In this document: positions 1 to 13,130 of the stretch, piece by piece | Layout: each line of letters starts with the position of its first letter | How positions within the stretch are numbered: position 1 is the first letter of the stretch | NCBI GenBank assembly: GCA_964016885.1 | Contig: OZ024745.1 | Coordinates: 34,658,001 to 34,722,000, forward strand | Length of the DNA: 64,000 nt | Reading direction: 5' to 3' | DNA from: Eledone cirrhosa | Lineage: Eukaryota | Notes under the pieces: model-generated | Database searches by the model: none | What the model saw: only the letters and a program-made list of their open reading frames with translations | What the model was told of the DNA's origin: nothing | Translations under genes and position numbers: made by a program

Positions 1-3000
1 GCATTTGTGTATTTTCAGCTTTTCCATATTTACATTTTTTTGGTTAGTGCCCAGAGGATAAAGTAGGATCTGGAAAGGCTTCTTACATGAGCTATTTATA
101 ATGGGATTATTATCTTTATTATAAGAATTTTCTCAACTCCTTTCCTGCTTTTATTGTTTTTACTTTGTATTTATGGTTTTCTTCATTTTTCATATGTAAG
201 TGATTAAGGATGTATATTCCCAGATCCTATAGCAATTCTCTTTGTTCAATATGATTACCTGCTAGGTCTTTATAATTATCTATACTTTGGGGCTTAGTGA
301 AGCTTACTGTCATACATTACAATTTCCTTCTGAATTTCAATATATTCCATTTGACCATGTGATTAGAAAGAATATTGTTCTCTAAAATATAGAATTATAT
401 ATGAAATTGCTGTTTATACATTTTACACTGTTTACTGCAATTTTCTTGAAAACAAATATCCCTCATCACTGGTTTATTTTTCTTTCTGGTTTTTACTTCA
501 TTGTATTAAGAACATGGTGGCTTTATAAAGATTCTTCATTTTATAAACACTTCTCAGCAAAAGATCTAGGATCAAACCTATTTTGTTTTTGCATTAAGTT
601 CACCACAAGAGGTGGCTAATTGGCAGAATTACAGGGAAAATGAAAATTAAAATTATAGCATCCCCCTACGTAGGTTTCATCTTGTAGGTGATTTAATGAT
701 AGTAGCCCAGCATTTGATGAAAAGCAATGTGAAATGAAGTGTCTTTCTGAAGAACTCAATGCACCAACTGGTCCAGGTACAGAACCCACAACTTTATGAT
801 TGTGAGTGCATTCTTAATTCAGATCCCACCTTCTGTCATCAGAAAAAGAGGATGCTTCTGCCAGGAAGTGCAACTGGAAGATAGTATTACCAATGGCCAC
901 ATAGTTTCCTTAGTCTAATATGACAATTGATTTCTGCCCTTGCATTTCCCTCCATTGCAATAATCTTTGTTATTTGGTTTTTACACCGATTTATGATAAT
1001 AAAAAAAATGAATGTCAAAGTGAAAATTCTTAATATAATGTCATTTGCTATTTACAATTTAAATTCATTAACCCTTTCATTACCATATTTATAATGAAAG
1101 ACATTTCTTGTGATTTTGAAATAATTGTGAAAATATTAAAGGATTTGAGAGGTTTTAGTAATATAACTAATTTTCTCATTATTAAGCTGATGTGTGGAAC
1201 ACATCAAATATTCTTAAATACAATTATAATGGGAGGCATTTAGATAAATATAAACACTTTAAAGCAAACAGTTTCATATCTTGAAACCAAGTTCAGTTTG
1301 GGGTAGGTTGGTATCAAAATGGTAAATTTTCACGCTCACCATTTACAAAGAATTATATCAATAGCCAAACTAGAATAGAACCTATATATACAGAGACAGA
1401 GATTAAACAGCTACATATACATGAATTACAAATATTACAATATTGGCTGTCACATAGTCGTTAGTACACATAGAAGGGAAGCAAAGCATGACATAACTTA
1501 CTCTTTTTCACCACTTCTATTGACACTAGATGCAGTATGAAGGAGTGATTAACAAGTTTGCTTCACAATTATGAGGTTCTTGGTTTTATCTCATTCCATG
1601 ACATCTTGGGCATGTGTCGTTTACAAAAGCCTCAAGTTGACCCTCAACCTTGTGAGTAAAATTGGGTAGGTAAACATTGAATGAAAGCCAGTTGGATGAA
1701 CTATATCTGTAACACAAGAAGACCAGTCCTGTTGCATAATGTGTTTGACTGCAGCACCATAATCATCATCATTTAATGTCTATTTTCTCTGCCTACTTAG
1801 GTTAGACAGGCTGTCATGTTATGAGGCTAGATAAGTCAGGTGACCACATTTTGATCATACAGTCCATTATTGGCATGGTTTTCTATAGTTATATGTCTTT
1901 CCTAATGTCAACCACATTACAGCATGCACTGGAGGCTTTTCTGTTGCACCAATACAACCACCTTGCAGAGTTGATCTGAGAATTATGTTAAAAGTCCACA
2001 AGTCTGTGGAAGGCTCAGCCACTTAAGCATTAATTTAACATGTAGGTTATTTCAAGTGAACAACTGGAATACTCTTTGTTGTAATTTTGTAATTGATAGA
2101 GGTTCATTTAGTTATAAACAAATATTAGTATTTGATCAGATTGTTCAAAATATTTTCCATGTTATCTTTCATTCCAGTCAACTAAACCCAATATCAACTT
2201 ACTGATGCACTGACTGGGGCTGGCTAAAAGTGACTGAAGCTGGTTAAGACTGGCTGAGATATCTGAACAGCCATCTGCCAATTCTACTATTAAAACTGAC
2301 TATAAAGACAGACAGATATTTAAATTGATATGACATTAATAGTCATAAAAAATAACAACAAATTGTTTTGTTGATTAAAAAACTAAACATTTCATTACTC
2401 TTTGTTTTTGACATTCAATTACTTTTTCTTCTTAATTTCAAAATAAATTAGAGCCAATTGAATGGCTATGGAAACAATGTTTAACAAAACAAAATAAAAA
2501 GAAATTATATAATTATCAAATCTAAACAAAATCAAATAAAACAAATAAATAAGAGCCAGAGCTTTGTAAAATTCTAAATTCTATTTAGGGAAATGAGTAA
2601 AAATGTAGACGAATACATGTAGAGTTCATAAAGATGGATCTTTGGAAATGTATTTTACTTGTTTATTCGTTTTTTCCTTGTATATTTTTTCTTTGCTATT
2701 ATCTTTTAAATGGTGAAACTATGAATAAATGATTGGTGGTTCTTTACAATGAAAAGAAATAATCTGAATTTTTGTCACATACATATTGATTTATTTATGT
2801 GGTTGAATAATAGGCAGACTTTACTTGGTAAAAATAAAGCAAAAAAAATATCACCATACATAAAAACATTTGTACTACTAAAGTTCCATTTGTATTAAGA
2901 AACAAGCCTACATGCTATTGACTATAAACTAAAACTAAATCTGCCATAACAACCAGCTTAGCAATGCTGTTGAACTCAAACTCTTTTCTTCCAAAGTAAA

Positions 3001-3124
3001 AATATGGATTGAAGGAAAACAAAAATTTAATCTCATATAAATTACTTCATTTCAATCAAATCTAAAGATTTTTTTTATTTTGAATTTTTTTGTACCTGAT
3101 CTAAATAAGAAATTTTTTTCTTGG

Positions 3125-3125
<1 letters not shown>

Positions 3126-3202
<77 letters not shown>

Positions 3203-3490
3203 GATGAAGTGGGATTTGTTATTAGCTATAAATCATCTTATTAAGTCTTTCAAGCCTGCTATTAAATTAACAACTTTCTCCAGACAAGTTGCATGTGTGA
3301 ATATATATATATATATCCAAGAAAGAAATTTCTTATTTAGATCATATACATATATATATACAATAGAACGTTTGATAGAAGCCCTTACCAATGAATATTA
3401 ATACAAATATTTGATTAGTCCTGGTATTCCAGATGAAATATCCCTTTATTAATGAGTTAAGAGAAAATGAGAAGAATAGTAATTTTTCTT

Positions 3491-3565
<75 letters not shown>
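3126..3565. repeat. (TA)n and (CT)n microsatellites
   Basis: (TA)n at 3131-3197 and (CT)n at 3495-3565. Confidence 0.95.
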
Positions 3566-3570
<5 letters not shown>

Positions 3571-4171
3571 CCCTCCCACTCTCTCATATCAATACAGTAC
3601 AGCATACATGTATATAATATACAATATAATATACAAACTCTCTAGTGCTAGCACCATGATAAATGCAGTCCGTAGAACATGTCAGAAGAATCCAGAATCT
3701 CAGCCTGCTTCAATTCCAAATCATTCTGGGAAGACATGTCCAACTGTTGTTAGCAGGGAAAGTAGACAGTCAGGATTAGACTGATGTGTAGAGTTACATA
3801 TGTGTGTGTTTATATGTATCTATATCTAAATATAAATAATACAATAATATTTATCTTTACAATGCATGTGTGTGTTTATTCTCTCTCTCTTCCATACAAA
3901 CAAACTATCTCACTGAAAGGAGCAGGATATATGGTAATTAAGGTGATAGACATTTTCTAAATGTATAATGCCTCAAATTCAGATGGAAAAAACGTTTGAT
4001 ATCCTGCTGAGCTACCCAGTGTTACATTACTTCTTGGTCTTTGGTTACCATTAACAAAGTTTGATGTGTTGTTACAAACACATAGACCTCACTCCACTCA
4101 CTGCACCTTCTCCACCTATATTTCTCTTGGAGAAATTTAGCTTCGGCTACCCAGGCTGGCCATCAGACAAC

Positions 4172-4415
4172 TTAACCCTTTTTTTAACATTTCTAACAAT
4201 AATTTTTAAAATCACTGTCAAGTATTTTCAAACCATTTTGTTATATAACTAATTTTCTCATTATTAAAATGGTGTTAGGACTATAACAAATCAATAGTTC
4301 TTATATCAGATTATAATAGAAGATTTTTTTAGATAAATATAAACATTTCAAAATAAGCAGCTTTGCATTGTAGAACCAGTAGTGTTATTTGCCAGTTTGG
4401 TATCAAAGTGGTTAA
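4172..4415. mobile_element. Second TTAA MITE family (other copies at about 1068-1326, 28790-29035, 29803-30046, 54545-54685)
   Basis: ttaaccctt..aaagtggttaa-like ends and shared internal motifs (atataactaa..ttctcattatt, tttagataaatataaacac, ggtatcaaaa). Confidence 0.55.
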
Positions 4416-4547
4416 TTTCAGCAAACTATTATTGACTACATATATTATGGAACCTGCCTTCATATTCCTTGTCTGATTTATCATAAAAAAACAGGTTTTA
4501 ATCAGCTAGGAATTGAAAAATTTGTCAATATATTCTATGTGCATATG

Positions 4548-4586
<39 letters not shown>

Positions 4587-4724
4587 GTGTGTGTGTGTAT
4601 GTATGCATATTTATATGCATGTGTATATATATATGTATATATATGTATATATATGTATGTGTATATATATATATCATCATCATCATCATTTAATGTCCAT
4701 TTTCCTGACTAGCATATGTGTATG

Positions 4725-4770
<46 letters not shown>

Positions 4771-5599
4771 CATGTACAGACATACACATACACCCATGCT
4801 TACAACATTCAATATGCACACAAATAGCTTCATTATAAATCCCTTTTGCAGTGAGCTGAATGATGGCACTGAACATCAATATTGATTGGATGTCTAGCCA
4901 TTATTTCCAGACAGAACATCAGAATCAATAGAATGTCTAGTCATGAAAGGGTTTATTCTTTGGAATTTAGTTAATCAATTAAGTGTTCTTGTCGTTAGAT
5001 TACATGATTACTATATAAAATATTCTTTGTGTTGGGCTTTACAGTAAATAAGTCTTGATTTAAAGCAAGAAATAGTTAAACTATTAACGGTTTCAAGGTA
5101 AATAAAATGACTCAGATGTGTGGCACTAGAGAATATGTATAAAATGGTTGAATGAGTACACATGTAGAAATGTTAACTGTTCCTCCCTCTTCTTATTCTC
5201 TATCTTTCTCTTTTATCTTTTATTTCTTATTCTATCTCCTGATGAAGAACTAGTGTCCGAAACATAAATACTCTTTTCTACTATGTCAAGTGTTATATTA
5301 ATATATTTCTCCATTGCATTGTGTTGTTTGCTTTGTTGATTTTGTTTACTTTTTGCATATATACATACACACACACAACAGAAACACAGATGCAAAATAT
5401 ATATGTGTGTATATATATATGTAAATATATATATATAAGATGCATGAAGAATTGGGGAGGTAGATATAGGTGTGAGATGATTACAGTAAGGGATGTGAAT
5501 GGGGGAGTGTTAGGAGGGAAGATGATGCATACTTGATGTAGGCCTCAGCTCATGCAGATGAGAGGGCGGGTCATCTGTATTACTACATAGCGCCAGAGA

Positions 5600-5895
5600 C
5601 AACTGTCTTGTGTCATCACTTTAGAGAGGTGTAACTGTGTAAGGTCAGTTTTGATCACCTCATTCCAAGTCTTCCTAGGCCTACGCACTCCATGCTATCC
5701 ATTATCTTTGAGTGCTCTGCACCTTTTTACACATCTTTGCCATTTGCATATTACTTTTGCACATCCAGCAAAGCATGAAGGCTTCATTTATTTCCAATCT
5801 TCGCAGGTCTTCTGCACACAGTGCCCAGGTCTCACCACTGTGGAATATTATTTTTCGTATACATGTATCATACAGTCTGCCTTTCATTTTGAGGG
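5600..5895 (-). mobile_element. Old RTE LINE fragment
   Basis: KGRLYDTCIR..SGETWALCAEDLRRLE is homologous to 30950-31045. Confidence 0.65.
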
Positions 5896-6549
5896 AAAAA
5901 CCTTTTGTATATACATATGTATATACATATATATAATGCTAGCAGGGATAATGGACGTTAAATGATGATGATGATGATGATGATGATGATGGTGATAAAT
6001 ATGTGTGTGTGTATTCAAATCTGTTTCTGAGTGAGGCAATACCCAGTTTCTCATTCCTGATCTCAACCAACTGGAAATTTGAAGTTATATACATATCACT
6101 TGCATCTGTTCCGATCATGCTGAAAATAGTTTGGTGGGAATTATTGGTTCCATATTTGGGTATGTAACATTGTGTAAAATAGTATAACATTTTTTATAGA
6201 GAAGGTAAGGAAATTTTCTATACAAATGTTTCTGTGAAAAAGTCTTGTGAACATCCTTGTGGTGAACCTATAATTACATAAATATATGAAAACTAGCCAT
6301 TAGTGAATAGAGATGTTTTAAGAAATCAGTTTTATCTTTAGGTGTGGTTTATTATATGATACATTGATAGTTCATATTCTTTGTTGTATTTGACTTTACC
6401 TTATGTAGGGGGGTGCGTATTTATGATCTTATTGTGTGTGTATATATATATATATTATGATATTTATGACCTTATTGTATCTATATATATATTAATGAAT
6501 ATACATCTATGTAGATGCTTTTACTTAAATCAATGTATGTGTGAATGTG

Positions 6550-6594
<45 letters not shown>

Positions 6595-6861
6595 GTGTGT
6601 GTGTGTATATATATGTGTGCGTGTGTGTGTGTGTGTGAGTGTGTCAGGTTCGAACAGGGGTAACCACAGTAAGTAAGGTACTCAATACATAGCAGAGTAT
6701 ACATTTTTAATATAGAAATGGCTTCTACAGGACTAGAACTGTTTCATTCAAAGGAAATCATCAGGAAAGCCTTCCTGATGATTTCCTTCAAATGAAACAG
6801 TTCTAGTCCTGTAGAAGCCATTTCTATGTAAACAAAATAATTATATATATATATATATAGA

Positions 6862-7112
6862 TAGATTTCTTTTTATTTGCCACCAAGGCATCAAAAAGTG
6901 GGACAAGTACAATGGGGGGGGCGGGGTTACATAAAAGGCGTCCTCAATAAGGAGGAGGCAATAACAAAATATAAAAGATAAAATATAAAATATAACAAAA
7001 ATAAATTTAATAACAAAATCTTCAATAGAGAGGATTCGCCTTGGGGGTTGCACACACCGCCGAAAAAAGTGTGCAACCCTTCTTCTCATAAGCACAGAGA
7101 GGGGGTGCTCCC
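6862..7112 (-). mobile_element. 3' UTR remnant of an L1/Tx1-like LINE
   Basis: The reverse complement ends ttgtccc..ggtggcaaataaaaagaaatc, resembling the terminus at 19505-19549. GC-rich hairpin followed by a T-rich tract, as in 19280-19440; flanked by (ATAG)n/(TA)n. Confidence 0.55.
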
Positions 7113-8723
7113 TATATATAATAGATAATTTTCTATATATAGATAGATCGATAGATAGATAGAGAAAGAGAAAGAGAGCAAGCAGGCGAAAGAGAGAGTA
7201 ATGTAGCTCTAAAGAAAGAAAGCAAATCACAATTAGAGCAAGGTACTCAATACATCAGGGAGCATCAAACCCTAACTATTTGTTGCCTGTATAAGTAGAC
7301 TACTTGTATGATTAATTGGCTTCAGACAATTTCATCACTGAATAAAACAGTACAAGTCCAGTAAAATTCACCTGTCTATAGTATACATGTATATACAATT
7401 AAATTATATCTAATATATCAACTCGTTGACCATTACACCTCGATGTAACTTTGGTGCAAAAATACCAAATACAGATGGCAATCATATAGATAGTGTTATG
7501 GATACAACATTATTAATGTCTTGCATAAAAAAACATATAATCAAGTAGATTATAATATTACTTACATTATATTAGCAATATATACACATATATATGTGTG
7601 TGTGTGTGAAAAGTAAACAGAACTACCAAATATAACAAAACAAATGGCATAGTACATAGAAGGCATATATTAATTAGTTTAATGCTTGAAATAGTAGAAA
7701 GAGAGTCTTAATATTTTGGAAACTAGACCTTCATCAGAAGATAGAATTAGGAACAGAAGATAAACAGAATGTAAAGAGTGATGAGAGTTTCCTCGTATAT
7801 ATATATGATTGTTCCTATTTTTGGCACAAGGCCAGCAATTACCCCAGTGCATTACTAGTACTTTATACTAGTCAATACCCCGTAAGGATGAAAGGCAATG
7901 TTAACCTTGGCGGGATTTGACCTCAGAACATCAAGTGCCATAACTACAATGTGCTACCGATACTGCCAATGTCCTTACTCTAATATTTCATAGATGCCTT
8001 CCTCTATGCCTAAGGAAAACAAATTTTATGAATCATTGAACGAAATAAACACTGAAAAATTCATTGGCGTTTTATCAAAATTTCTCCATCATATATTATA
8101 TTCAGCCAGCAAGAACTAATTAAACTAAACAACCAGTACTGATTCAATAAGCAAATGCTAACATCTATAACCCCTGTATATCAGTTTAACATATCATATA
8201 CTTAATTATCTCCTATGACTTCTCAGAAAAAATACATGTTAGCTTTTATTCCACTTGATCCATAGTGAATTAATAGAAATAGGACATCAAGTCTATTAAC
8301 ATAGTCCATGCAATAAATTATATTCCTTGATAAATAGATAAATATAAATTGTTCAAAATTTTCACATGTATATAAGAAAATTCTAGTTTATACATTTACC
8401 AATACATTCTTTTAAGTAATTCCTAGAAATAATAGTTTCTACTTTAGGCACAAGGCCAGCAATTACCCAGTGCATTACTGGTACTAGGTACCTTGTGCCT
8501 AAAGTAGAAACAATTATTTCTAGGAATTACTTAAAAGAATGTATTGGTAAATGTATAAACTAGAATTTTCTTATATACATGTGAAGATTTTGATTAATTC
8601 CTAGAAATAATAGTTCATATACAATAAAATATATTTCAGCAGATATATATATGCATGGGGGTTGACAGTTGAGTACTCAATACCGAAGTAGTAATATTCA
8701 TTTTATTAAGGCTAAATAGTGAG

Positions 8724-8773
8724 TCTTCTTACTCTGGAGTTTTGCCTGTTTATCACAGGGTCATCAGACAAGA
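8724..8773 (-). ncRNA. Decayed hammerhead motif
   Basis: The minus strand reads TCTTGT-CTGATGA-CCCTGT(GATAA)ACAGGC-AAAAC-TCCAGA-GTA-AGAAGA; G12 has become A and the first pair of stem II is broken. Confidence 0.45.
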
Positions 8774-9614
8774 ACTTGCCAGGTGTGGATTACATAATTA
8801 GTTAATCAATAATTTATTTCACATTGCTCTAGTTGACTCACCTGTAAAACTGAGTTGTTATGTCACTCGTGCCAAGCTGAATCAGTTTTTATATTCATGC
8901 ATATATACATATATATTTATATACATTTGTGCATACTCGGTTACACACTCTGTAATTATCATACACTTTGGCTGCATATAATGATAGTGAAGCACTTGCC
9001 CAAGCTAACTCTGAAAACAAAGAGGCATGAAAGTAGGGATAGTAGCTGGACCATCTGATATAGTCACTGATATAATAAAAGCATCTGACATAATAGGATA
9101 AGAGCTAGTCAGATGTATAGTTAATCAAATAGTACAAGATAGTGTCATACTCAATCACTGGTTCTGCAGTATCATTGTAAATTGCTGCAAGAGCAAAGGA
9201 GACTGATTTTATAAAAATGCGTGTATGCATATATATTATATATATATATATTTATATATATATATATATATATAATTGTTTCTACTTTTAGCACAAGGCC
9301 AGCAATTATCCCAGTGCATTACTGGTACTTTATTTTATCGACCCCATAAAGATGAAAGGCAAAGTTAACCTATATATATAATATAAGATCAAAAGATGGT
9401 TAAAAGAGTTCCAAGTATTTTATTATGCGCATTTTAAAAACAAATATCATCATGAGATGATATCTGCGTTTTCATCAGATAAAATAGGGATATATGATAT
9501 GAAGGTTAAAAAACACTTGTGAACAGTGAAGTTTTAAATCAACATATCAACATATATGTTGATTTAAAACTTCACTATTCACAAGTGTTTTTTAACCTTC
9601 ATATCATATATCCC

Positions 9615-9685
9615 TATTTTATCTGATGAAAACGCAGATATCATCTCATGATGATATTTGTTTTTGAAATGCGCATAATAAAATA
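9615..9685 (+). ncRNA. Type I hammerhead ribozyme motif
   Basis: Stem I TATTTTAT/ATAAAATA (8 bp); core CTGATGA 9623-9629; stem II of 16 positions with one mismatch and a TCAT loop; GAAA 9666-9669; palindromic stem III ATGCGCAT; AUA cleavage triplet ending at 9677. Confidence 0.8.
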
Positions 9686-9806
9686 CTTGGAACTCTTTTA
9701 ACCATCTTTTGATCTTATATTATTTATACTCCAGTCCTACAAACTGTAGAGTGCTACTTATCCGAGATTTGCATTGCTTTATTGTACTACAATAAAACTC
9801 ACCTCC

Positions 9807-9904
<98 letters not shown>

Positions 9905-10290
9905 CACGACCGTGACTTCTGGGTCACGCAGTAATACAGAGTACCCAACCTCCCATGAGTACAAGCTGAAGCATATAGACAATATGCCCCCCCCCCCCCA
10001 CCCACCCACCCACCCCACCCACCGCATGGTGGTCGTGGAGGTGCCACGGCAAAAAAGCACCCAGCCCACACTGTAAAGTGGACGTGTAGGCGCCACGAAA
10101 AAGTACCCACCACTCACTGTAAATTAGGTTGGTGTTAGGAAGGGCATCCAGCTGTAGAAATCAAGCCAGATCAGTTCCTGTATGAGCAAGGCATGGTCAG
10201 CCGACCAGACACTGCCCACAACAGGACAACCCGTCTAAACCATGCTAGCGTGGAAGAACGGACGTAAAACGGTGATGATGATGATGATGA
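9905..10290 (+). mobile_element. Shorter 3' fragment of the same RTE family as 30759-31700
   Basis: Closely matches 31320-31700 (cacgac.gtgac.tctgg..tcacg.agtaatacagagt...ggacgtaaaacggt(gat)n). Confidence 0.8.
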
Positions 10291-10307
10291 TATATATATA
10301 AATATAT

Positions 10308-10660
10308 ACCTACAGTCAGTAGGCACCTCTAACAAAAATACACCCACCCCATCCACACCACCCCTTCCAAAGTAAAGTTATGTTGATACCACAACATCCA
10401 GTCCGAAACAAATGAGGTCGTGTAGGTGTCAGAGCAAAAAAAACACAGTCGACGCTGTAATGTGGCCGTGTAGGTAACACGGTAAAAAGCTCCCAGTCCA
10501 CACTGTAAACGTGGTTGTTGTTAGGAAGGGCATCCAGCCGTAGAAAACCCGCCAGATAGTCCTATACGAGCAAGACAACCAGTCTTGCCTCAAGTGGGAA
10601 AATTCCCGTCCAAACCAATGCTAGCGTGGAAGATGGACGTTAAACGATGATGATGATGAT
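10308..10660 (+). mobile_element. 3' UTR fragment of a second RTE subfamily
   Basis: Near-identical to 11332-11712 and homologous to the UTR downstream of the RTE coding fragment at 12115-12375 (-); (GAT)n tail. Confidence 0.72.
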
Positions 10661-11309
10661 ATATATAAAATATGCATTCATGAAAAATATATCTGGAAGA
10701 GTGATTATGATGATATACATACATGTGTGTATATACTTATATATATATATGAGTGTGTGTGTATGTGTGTGTGTGCACTTGTATGTGTGTGTGTGCACTT
10801 GTATGCATGTGTGTTTATGTATGCATGTGTGTACATATGTATGTACATGAGTGTATTGTTTTAAAGATGTAATTCTATATAAAAGCTACCAAGAAACAAT
10901 GGATCCTATCTAATTTGTGTAATTTAACCCTTGATTAATAACATGACAAAAGGTTTAATACCCTCATTGTCATATTGTTCACCGAAGCATGATGGAATGG
11001 ATGAGGAAGGATTTACAATTGTTCTGAGAATCACATCAGTAAACTCTAACTGAAAATAGACTGCAAAATTTATTGATTTTGCAACGAATATTTATAATGT
11101 TTCCATAATAGACTTCCATTTCAAAACAAGACTTTCAAAATAGTCTGGCTGGAAAAAGTATTGTGATTTTAAATATGTATCTATATTAACTACACCCATA
11201 CACTCACACACGATGATGCTGATAATATGTATGTATATATGGATATATATATATATGTATGTATGTACATGTGGATATATATGTATGTATATATGTATGT
11301 ATATGTATG

Positions 11310-11712
11310 CCTTGCCTAAGTACAAAGCGAAACCTACAGTCAGTAGGCACCTCTTACAAAAATACACCCCCGTCCCACTACCCCCACCCCATCCACACCA
11401 CCCCTTCCAATGTAAAGTTATGTTGATACCACAGCATCCAGTCCGAAACAAATGAGGTCGTGGAGGTGTCAGAACAAAAAAACACAGTCGACGCTGTAAT
11501 GTGGCCATGTAGGTAACACGGTAAAAAGCTCCCAGTCCACACTGTAAACGTGGTTGTTGTTAGGAAGGGCATCCAGCCGTAGAAAACCCGCCAGATAGTC
11601 CTATACGAGCAAGACAACCAATCTTGCCTCAAGTGGGAAAATTCCCGTCCAAACCCATGCTAGCGTGGAAGATAGACGTTAAACGATGATGATGATGATG
11701 ATGATGATGATG
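11310..11712 (+). mobile_element. 3' UTR fragment of the second RTE subfamily
   Basis: Near-identical to 10308-10660; (GAT)n tail. Confidence 0.72.
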
Positions 11713-11782
11713 TGGATATATATATATGTATGTATATGTGGATATATATATATATGTATGTATATGTGGATATATATATGTA

Positions 11783-11819
<37 letters not shown>

Positions 11820-12039
11820 TAGAATTGGTGCTCTGAAATAGCGATATATATATATGAATGTATATATAGTGTATTTTGCAATACACTGTATGCTTAATTA
11901 AAAGCATTTCGAAGACCTTACGCTATTGTTTTAGAGTAGTGACAGTCTCACTTACTTTAATTTTCAGCAAACAGGGGAGATCTCCCCTCTTTGCTGAAAA
12001 TTAAGCATACAGTGTATTGCAAAATACACTAAATATACA

Positions 12040-12077
<38 letters not shown>

Positions 12078-12099
12078 GTTGTAAGTTGCAAGGTAAATT

Positions 12100-12375
12100 G
12101 AAAGTTTGGTGTGGATGGAGTGGGGGTAGTGGGACGGGGGTGTATTTTGTTAGAGGTGCCTACTAACTGTAGTAGGTTTCACTTTGCACTTAGGTAAGGC
12201 GGGTCTTCTCTATTACTGTGTAGCGCCAAAGATCTCGGTCCAGTGACATTGTCTTGGAGAGGTGTAAGTGTGTGAGGTCGGAATTTATCAAATCGTCCCA
12301 GGTTGTTCTGGGTCTGCCTACTCCGTGGCTACCATCTATTTTTATTGCCCTGCACTTTTTTATACAGCTGTTTTC
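12100..12375 (-). mobile_element. RTE LINE C-terminal fragment
   Basis: SCIKKCRAIKIDGSHGVGRPRTTWDDLINSDL..DRDLWR is a typical RTE C-terminus. Confidence 0.75.
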
Positions 12376-12746
12376 ATTGTACATTTAATTTCCATGCTGA
12401 CATGGGTTTCAGAGGTTGTTACCATCTGAGTCATTTATTGTTTAATGTTACTGCACTTCTGGATAGGCCAGAAGATAAGTCTTGCTCATGTACTCCATAA
12501 TGTGTGTGTGTGTGTATATATATAGAGAAATCAGAATGGATTCAGTTTGAAACTGGTTAGACCATTACTCAACAGAGTATCTCGATGCTTGGGTTAGTAG
12601 AGTATGGTTATATTATAGTTTAGATTTGGGACCCCAAAGGCTGAGCTCTCTTGTCGTTTCAACAGCCAGTTATAGAATCTTGAACTGGCTGTTGAAACGG
12701 CAAGAGCTTAGCCCTTGGGGTCCCGACACTTTATAATACATATATA

Positions 12747-13100
12747 TTGCAATCGAAAGGTTGTGAGTTCAATACTCGGACCGGGTGATGTGTTGTTTCC
12801 TTGAGCAAGACACTTTATTTCACATTGCTCCAGTTTACTCAGCTGTAGAAATGAGATGATAGGGACTGGGGTCCATATCATTCCACTGTAGAGTGGTTGT
12901 GGAGGTGTCACGGCAAAAAAGCACCCAGCCCACACTGTAAAGTGGACGTGTAGGCGCCACGGCAAAAAAGCACCCAGCACTCACTGTAAATGAGGTTGGT
13001 GTTAGGAAGGGCATCCAGCTGTAGAAATCAAGCCAGAATCAGTTCCCGTCCCACCCTTGCAAGCAGAAAAAAGCGGACGTAAAATGAAATGAAAATGAAT
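12747..13100 (+). mobile_element. SINE family B copy with an alternative 3' tail
   Basis: Same head, core and units, but after atcagttcc it switches to cgtcccacccttgcaagcag..gcggacgtaaaatgaaatga. Confidence 0.78.
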
Positions 13101-13130
13101 GATATATATATATATTATTGTTATTATTAT

